A stretch of DNA of 15,247 nt, taken from NCBI GenBank assembly GCA_043819555.1, contig JBDREQ010000058.1:1-15247 (forward strand), given 5' to 3'. Shown here piece by piece: positions 9,301 through 15,247 of the stretch; positions within the stretch are counted from its first letter, which is position 1; each line of letters opens with the position of its first letter. A program made the translations under genes and the position numbers. Source of the DNA: Candidatus Zixiibacteriota bacterium (GTDB lineage Bacteria > Zixibacteria > MSB-5A5 > GN15 > JAAZOE01). The notes beneath the pieces are model-generated. The model searched no databases. It worked only from the letters and a program-made list of their open reading frames with translations, and had not been told where the DNA came from.

Positions 9301-10436
9301 TCTATCCCGACATAGAGGTAATTACCGGATACTGCCAGTGACGTTGCCCAGGCTGACGCTGAATAGGAAGTTATATAGACTGGACTGGCGGGATCAGAAA
9401 TGTCATACACCCGTACACCACCTGCTCTGTTAGCGAGGAATGCATATCCATTCGCAAAAACAAAATCCTTCGCCACGTCAGGAGGGTGATAAGACGGGCC
9501 CACTTTCGTCGGTGAAGAGGGATCAGAAATGTCGATCACTTCAAAACCCGAGAGATTCTCACCCAAATAAGCGTAATTACCTATAAGAGAAACGTTATAA
9601 ATGTACGGCACTCCTGGGTTATAAGTTCCCAACAGCAGTGGATTGGCCGGATCGGAAATATCCAATGTGTAGAATTCGGTAAATGAATTCACATACGCGA
9701 TGTTTCCTCTTACCTTGAGATCATATGCTGGTTTGTCAGTGTATTCCCCAACCAGTGTTATTTGGTCAGGATTTGGTGATCCGCCCTCTTCAATATATAA
9801 ATCCGGCCAACTGGCAATATCGCAGTAGTCAGCCGAGGGATACATATAGCCCACACCTCCCGGGCTGAACATAAAGTGAATGCCGACAGTCTCTCCCGGT
9901 GATACAGTCATATCCGAAAGAGGTATCTTGAACTCATAACTGATTTCACCAGTTCCAGAGAAGGCGTGCTCTGCGCCCGAGGGGGGCGTTACGGCGTCAC
10001 TCTGGACGACTCCGCAGGGTGGCCTTTCTGCCCAATATGCATTATATATTGAGTATAGCGGACTATTTGTACCTGCCTTGTTGTAGCCCAAGTCGGTGTG
10101 TGGCTCGGACATTATGCCGTTGAAAGAATGTGAGTGATCACCGTCGATGTAGATACCAAAGTACGCCGTTGGTGCAGACGGAAACGGTACCGTGGATGCG
10201 CAATATAGGAATGTTCCGTCGTTTAGCAAGTAAACGGGTGCGTCTACCGTGGTTTGATCGACGTTGCTGTGAAATGTCAGGTTGTAGGTCTGAGCGTCTT
10301 GCCATTCAGTGCCACCGATCACGCCGTCAATGGTTGGTGGTGTGTCGCTGACAGGAGCTGTTAGATTTGTTTGCCCCCACAGGCTTGATGAAATAATCAT
10401 CAACCCAATGGAAATGATTAGAAAAGTTCTTTTCAC
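6384..10436 (-). CDS. Multidomain secreted protein (~1350 aa if joined), interrupted by one in-frame TAG at 9030-9032: signal peptide, CBM9/DOMON-like domain, LVIVD-repeat propeller, PKD-like domain, putative papain-like Cys peptidase, SdrD-B/carboxypeptidase-regulatory-like domain, GYW helical domain, C-terminal FlgD-Ig/T9SS type A sorting domain
   Basis: ORFs 9030..10436 and 6384..8996 share a frame; the junction reads ERSYGL*VVDISDKTNPTLLDEYATGG, a continuous LVIVD repeat. GGAGG RBS at 10441-10445 precedes the GTG start. C-terminus LPTEFSLSQNYPNPFNPSTEISF...SGIYFYRLEAG...KKMILMK. Could be a pseudogene or a base-call error. Confidence 0.85.
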
Positions 10437-10571
10437 AATTCCTCCAATCCTTTGTTTTTTTTAATTAATTCTATGTATTTGGTTGTCTATTTAGTAATAG
10501 TCACGATAGCAGGCATATGTAGAATAAATATTAATTTTTTATCTTATTTTTTGAGGAAAAAATTTGTAAGT

Positions 10572-12902
10572 CTATTCTTCTGCCCGCAATTGGCCTCCGG
10601 TAACCCAACCAAAATCAGTCCAGTAAATAACGGCGTTCATGAGACCTGTTAGATATTCCGACCAATTTTCGATTGGTGGCAATTTGCCCTCGGCTACTAA
10701 TTCCTTGCGGCGGGTATTGAGAAAATCATTAAAGTAAACGTTAATAACTCGTAAATCATGATTTAAAGTGTAAATTATTTCCGCCTGGAATCCATGTTTT
10801 ACTGACTCACTGATATAGATTTTTATATTTCCGTTCTCTGAAATCTGAATTCCATGCGGTCCCGGCTGATTATAGCCCATGGGAAGTTCATTTTCCAATT
10901 GACCAATATCTGTTGTGGGGAAGACTATATACGCAAGTTGGTTCCCATGAGTATACCATCCGGAATCGACTATAGGGCAATCCTTATATGGCGAAAAGCC
11001 GAATGCTGAATCTTTATCCAAAATCAGCAATGCAGTACCTTCCATACTGTTATTGAAACATAAGAAAAACAGTTCGGGATTATTATTATCTCCGTTAATA
11101 TCCATAGCTTTTTGAAAAGTCCCATGACCCCAATTGATAAACCAACCAAGGGAATCACCTTTTCTATCCCAAATGCGTATGTGAGACCGCGCCGGCATTT
11201 CCTGACCAACTATAGATATTATTAGTTGTTCTTGATAATCATTGACCGTTGCGAAATACACAGGATCAAAAATAGTTCCTAGCGTGTCCCTGGGATATTT
11301 GTCAAGAACGGCAGCGTTCCTTTTAAACAATAATTGACCATCTTGCGAATAAAACCTGATCCGGGTTCTATCATCACATATATCATCAATTCTAGGGAGG
11401 AAGACAACTTCGTTTAACCCGTCATCATTCATATCAATTATTTGTCCAAAACTGGTGCTAAAGGGAAAATCGCTAGTATTTTCAGACATTTTGCATAATA
11501 GTGTATCCGACCATAACAATATGGAATCTCGATTGTAAGCGTCAAGGGTATTGGTCTGAGGATTAGCTTGAGCGAATGCGGGATTTTTATCAAACCACGG
11601 ATCGAAATATCTAGGCCAGAAAATTGCGGCGAGAATCCAAACCAAGGCAAACAATAGCGGCACTTGAATCCTGGCGGCGCGGGAATATTTGATTGCCTTT
11701 TTAGTCACATACTCCCCGATGCAAACTTTTTCATCCCTTAGAATATTGCGGTTTTCGATGGCGTCGCTGAACTTATTGAGCCCGATTATAATTAGATTGC
11801 GGCGAGGATATTTCTGATTCAGCTTTTTCAGATAATTATTGGCTTCGATATAATTTATTTCAGGCAAAACCAGGTACTTGACCGGAGAGAAAAAGGCTCG
11901 TTCGATTTTATACTTAAGCGAATCATCGTTTACTTTTGAAATTCGGCCCGACTTATCAATCCCCCCGGTACAGGTTATCTCCGCCGAAAGAAAACGGTCA
12001 ACTCTGGAAATATCAGGACGCATCAATTGTGTATAAGCCAAAAGCCCCGCCGCCAATCCAATCGAATCTCCGGTAAACGTCTGCCCACTATCCTGAATCG
12101 CGAAATGAGCATGATAAAACGAAGTTGATTCGGTTTTGTAATTCAGATTTTTGAAAATGTCTCGCACAGCCTTAAGGGCATCATACGACGCCCCGACAAA
12201 AGGATCATCCGGCGTTTTGATTTGATTATCGAACGTGATCTCATCGGTTGTGGCATTTTAGTCAAAACATTCCACCGAGCCTTTCAGAATCCTCATCCGA
12301 CCCCTGAGCGGCTGACCGTGGCCGGTCTTCTCGACAAATAAACAGTACACTCGGTCATAATAATAAGCGTCTCTGACCGATTCCCATTCATCGTGAATTT
12401 TAGATAAAAGTCGGATTAAACCCGGATTCGAATCTCGATAATAATTACAAACTGTATTAAACGCCGAATATGCATCCTGATCGTCCAATAATCCGTCGGG
12501 GATTGATATTGCATCATCCCCAATTATCGCTCCGCATAATTTTAACCCCTCGTCAATATCGCCAACAAAGAAATACAGAGACGCCAATTTCATGAAGAAA
12601 AGATTTATCGAGTAAGATACATGCTCATCGGTTCGAAAACGTCCGATATCAATCAGGGTTTCGATAATGTATTTTAATTCATCGACTTTAAAATCATTCA
12701 GATTTTTGCTATTTAGCACTAAATCCAAATAGGCATAGTACTCTTCAAAATAACTTTGATAACTGCGGTCGGTGACTTTTTCCTTAATGTGAGACCAGAA
12801 ATCCATCAGGCTAAGAAGCTGCAAGTCCTCCGCCGGAATTTTTGAGAATTCGGATTTAAATTTCTCAAATTCCTGTGCGAATTGTAATGGGGCCGCGCTC
12901 AT
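10572..12902 (-). CDS. Membrane-anchored Lon-type (peptidase S16) Ser-Lys protease (~776 aa if joined), interrupted by one in-frame TAA at 12258-12260: helical N-terminal domain, Lon_C domain, one TM helix, extracytoplasmic FG-GAP/VCBS-like domain; no AAA+ ATPase
   Basis: ORFs 12258..12902 and 10572..12167 share a frame (VECFD*NATTDEITFDNQIKTPDDPFVGASYDALKAVRDIF). Lon motifs: YHAHF, TGDSIGLA (Ser codon 12063-12065), TGGIDKSGRISKV, LKYKIERA (Lys codon 11907-11909), LVLPEIN. TM segment IQVPLLFALVWILAAIFW. DMNDDGLNEVV and DINGDNNNPEL Ca-loop motifs. ATG overlaps the upstream TAA (TAATG). Confidence 0.82.
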
Positions 12903-13756
12903 TATTGAAACAGCCTTATATTTATAGGGGTCGCGGGATCCGCGATATCAAAAGTCACCGCTTCATGAGGGCCGGCGCTAATAATTTTTGCCGCCTTGCC
13001 CTGAGATACCACTACTTTGATTGTATCAAAATCAGCCGAACCGTCAAGTTCAAGAATCTGGAGAGTAATTTGCTTTCCAACGGTTTTGCCCTGCAAGGTT
13101 ATCTGAATTTTATCATGTTTTTCGGTTTCAAGAACTGTCGTTTCCTGATATTTCACCTTCTCCGGATCATAAACAAGCGGTTCCAAATTAAAAATTGCGT
13201 CAGGCATTTTGATCTGCCATTTGAGCTTTTCTATATTTTCAAGAGGCTCGCCCTCAATGCTGGCATGTCCGGATTCATCGGTTGCAAATTCGCGCCCGAT
13301 TTCCGGCAATTGAATCATCACATGCGACACCAGATTGGCATCTTCACTAATAAGCTGTAGATAATCCTGTTTTTGTCTGGAATCATGCATAATTCGAAGG
13401 ATAACTTCCGGGTCGCGGGAAAATAAAGTCGCCAGGTTTTTTGTTTGCTCCCGTTTTATTTCACTACCATCCGCAGCCAGCTGATAAACTGGGTCGATTT
13501 TGACGCCCTCAAGCAATTCGAGAGGAATGATATTCGTATTGATTGATTGCCCAAAAAGTCGGCCGGCCAGCTTGCCTGCCTCCGGCGGGAGTTTTTCGGA
13601 CATGGATAATTTCATTGATTGTGAAAGCAACGCGTAATCTTTACAGAATTCACTGCAAAATTCGCATTGGGAAAGATGCCTTGAAACTAAATCATTATCC
13701 GTATCTCCCGGCCGCCCTTCGACATACGATTTTAGTATTTCTTTATTCGGATGCAT
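12902..13756 (-). CDS. zf-HC2 (ZAS) anti-sigma factor-like protein with a soluble beta-rich C-terminal region (284 aa)
   Basis: H2...YVEG...H27-LSQ-C31-EF-C34 zinc motif (HxxxCxxC) at the N-terminus; no TM segment; AAGGA RBS; directly downstream of the sigma-like gene. Confidence 0.82.
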   Translation of the reverse strand: MHPNKEILKSYVEGRPGDTDNDLVSRHLSQCEFCSEFCKDYALLSQSMKLSMSEKLPPEAGKLAGRLFGQSINTNIIPLELLEGVKIDPVYQLAADGSEIKREQTKNLATLFSRDPEVILRIMHDSRQKQDYLQLISEDANLVSHVMIQLPEIGREFATDESGHASIEGEPLENIEKLKWQIKMPDAIFNLEPLVYDPEKVKYQETTVLETEKHDKIQITLQGKTVGKQITLQILELDGSADFDTIKVVVSQGKAAKIISAGPHEAVTFDIADPATPINIRLFQ

Positions 13757-13796
13757 TTAAATTCCTTTTTTTGCCTTTCCATTATATTAATAGCCT

Positions 13797-14849
13797 CTAT
13801 TTCTGACGATTATAGGATTTTTTTAATCTCCTCAGGAACTCTTCTTCAGCTTTTTGAATTACCGTCTCAAAAATGTATTTATATTTTGACAAGTACCTTT
13901 CGTGTTCTTTTGGGGGCATAACTTCACGAAAATACCGGGGCAATAAATCTGCCGGAGGAGAAAAAGCAAAATCTGACAGATATAGCTGAACAGCCCATTC
14001 AAAATGGGCTGCGTTTTGTACCGTTAAGGAGTTCTTCTTAATGAACTTCACAAGTATATTCTCTCGAATCCAGGGTAAGACTCCTTTTATAGTCTGTTCT
14101 GCCTCTCGAAATAGCATATCATTTTTTGCATTTTGAGAACAGTACGATTGAATATTTTCCACTTCAACATATTTGATATTGACGGCAATCATCGAACTTA
14201 CCAGTTCGTGCTTATTGATGATTTTTTGATATTTTTTGGATTTATACAATGCCTCAAATATACTTCTGCACCATTCGACTCTATTGTGGTTTTTGAGATA
14301 TGATTCTTCAACTATTCTTAAAATTTCCTCATACGGAATAATTTGTAAATCAGTGCATATTCGATCTCTATTTTTCGACAGAAAAATCTGATTGATTCCG
14401 CTCAGATTTGACGTTAATGTGGTATACTCATCGCGTTTCAGTATTTCATTAATCCTGCGCTTGAGATTGGCTTTCTGGGGGTCGGTTTCATTTTTTAGCT
14501 TACTTAACTCCTGTCTTATAAAACCGAACAATAGTGCTTTGAATCTTTCGTATAATTCAGCAGCATCCGCATTTTTAAAATTAGTAATTCCGATTTGCCG
14601 GAAAAAATCAAAGATCAAATAAAACGGTCTGTCTTTTGTGCTTCGCAGGAAGGAATTTAATATATCCAGAGTAAGATCAACTAATTGATTTCCATCGATG
14701 TTTGATGCGACAGGTAAATTATAGCCTTTTTTCTGCAAAAACCGTAAATATCCTATGGTCGACCGATAGCAGAATTCGAAGAAGGCATTAAACTTCTTGC
14801 GAGATTGACAATCAGTTAAAAAATGTTGAATTAAATCCCCGTTTTGCAT
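13797..14849 (-). CDS. Divergent sigma-70/ECF-like protein with a large central insertion (350 aa)
   Basis: Region-2-like 'FNAFFEFCYRSTIGYL...LVDLTLDILNSFL...FKALLFGFIRQELSKL'; region-4-like basic C-terminal helix 'FETVIQKAEEEFLRRLKK'; sits just upstream of a ZAS gene. The CDS is secure; the sigma assignment is an inference. Confidence 0.6.
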   Translation of the reverse strand: MQNGDLIQHFLTDCQSRKKFNAFFEFCYRSTIGYLRFLQKKGYNLPVASNIDGNQLVDLTLDILNSFLRSTKDRPFYLIFDFFRQIGITNFKNADAAELYERFKALLFGFIRQELSKLKNETDPQKANLKRRINEILKRDEYTTLTSNLSGINQIFLSKNRDRICTDLQIIPYEEILRIVEESYLKNHNRVEWCRSIFEALYKSKKYQKIINKHELVSSMIAVNIKYVEVENIQSYCSQNAKNDMLFREAEQTIKGVLPWIRENILVKFIKKNSLTVQNAAHFEWAVQLYLSDFAFSPPADLLPRYFREVMPPKEHERYLSKYKYIFETVIQKAEEEFLRRLKKSYNRQK

Positions 14850-14901
14850 TTAAATCCTTGCCTGCTTGATTACAATGAACGCATCCCCGCAAAACATACT
14901 T

Positions 14902-14929
14902 ATAATATTGAATTTGAAATTATTATCAA
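14902..14929 (-). promoter_or_regulatory. Possible sigma-70 promoter for the sigma/anti-sigma/protease operon
   Basis: Minus strand TTGATA-16 nt-TATTAT about 50 nt upstream of the ATG; the AT-rich context lowers specificity. Confidence 0.3.
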
Positions 14930-14965
14930 AGAAATATTTTTATCGAAAGCAATGGTTTTAAAAAA

Positions 14966-14988
14966 TAGCGGAGCAGGGACTTGAACCT
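14966..14988 (-). other. tRNA 3'-end-like fragment (T-arm plus acceptor strand, tRNA-Met-like); not a complete tRNA
   Basis: Minus strand AGGTTCAAGTCCCTGCTCCGCTA; no matching 5' acceptor strand, D-arm or anticodon arm upstream. Confidence 0.4.
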
Positions 14989-15106
14989 TTGTTACAGGTG
15001 CCAATTAATATTAAAATCCTCTCACCTGCTAAATATCGGAAAAAATCAGCCTGAGCCCAAACTCACACACACAACCCTGATTTTCGTTAAAGTAAGTAAT
15101 AAATAT

Positions 15107-15138
15107 AACAAAGGGCCGGAATAATTCCGGCCCCTGTT
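15107..15138 (-). terminator. Intrinsic terminator after the dockerin gene
   Basis: GGGCCGGAA-3 nt-TTCCGGCCC stem (15113-15133) followed by TTTGTTATATTT on the minus strand, ~25 nt after the stop. Confidence 0.8.
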
Positions 15139-15160
15139 CTATTTCATATCAGCTCGATTT

Positions 15161-15247
15161 CTAAGGACAATTCACACCTTCGCATGGATTCGGGCCACCT
15201 TTAAAAACATAGTTGATGATAAAAACAGCATCGCCAATATCGGTCGA
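15161..15247 (-). CDS. C-terminal end of a dockerin type I domain-containing protein (5'-truncated)
   Basis: Translation STDIGDAVFIINYVFKGGPNPCEGVNCP* matches the second dockerin repeat (DxxDxxxLINYxFxGGP); TAG stop followed by a terminator. Confidence 0.85.
   Translation of the reverse strand, partial: STDIGDAVFIINYVFKGGPNPCEGVNCP

Noticed and set aside
6058..10520. Shared ATGCCTGC (~6059-6066 and ~10509-10516) and CTATTA motifs as a cognate sigma promoter
   Set aside because: Matches are short, lie at different distances from start codons and lack a consistent second element, so they are not distinguishable from chance without orthologues.
9030..12260. Genome-wide stop-codon reassignment (TAG/TAA as sense)
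   Set aside because: TAG ends genes at 4378, 10572, 13797 and 15161 (the last followed by a terminator), and TAA ends the anti-sigma gene in a TAATG overlap. The >1200-codon gene has no internal TAR.
4694..14622. Remaining short ORFs (e.g. 4694, 5195, 5346, 5686, 6202, 6987, 7911, 10130, 10452, 11024, 11438, 12875, 13543, 14392)
   Set aside because: They overlap well-supported minus-strand genes or hairpin regions and have no recognisable motifs.
14960..15045. Complete tRNA gene
   Set aside because: Only the T-arm and 3' acceptor resemble tRNA; a cloverleaf cannot be built.
1..15247. CRISPR array, cas genes, SAVED domain, integrase or transposase
   Set aside because: No spaced direct repeats or recognisable motifs seen; the CalpL comparison is mechanistic only.

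Overview
Bacterial window with every real gene on the minus strand. A C-terminal 'NYPNPFNP' FlgD-Ig/T9SS-type sorting domain, a 'DAVFIINYVFKGGP' dockerin end and a cohesin-like module suggest Zixibacteria or a related FCB lineage (inference). In transcription order (right to left) it holds: the 3' end of a dockerin-bearing protein and its terminator; a three-gene module; a ~1350-aa multidomain secreted protein; an OmpA-like/beta-barrel protein and a DT-repeat lipoprotein; and a long structured leader ahead of a >1229-aa surface protein that the ORF track misses because it runs off the window. The three-gene module encodes a divergent 350-aa sigma-70/ECF-like protein, a zf-HC2 anti-sigma protein with an internal ssrA-like 'YQLAA' motif, and a membrane-anchored Lon-type (S16) Ser-Lys protease with no ATPase and an extracytoplasmic domain. 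This module is the best candidate for an undescribed system: a transmembrane sensor-Lon protease / anti-sigma / sigma cascade resembling CalpL-CalpT-CalpS but without SAVED or CRISPR. The protease gene (TAA at 12258-12260) and the secreted-protein gene (TAG at 9030-9032) are each split by a single in-frame stop. TAG and TAA are normal terminators elsewhere in the window, so genome-wide recoding is unlikely.
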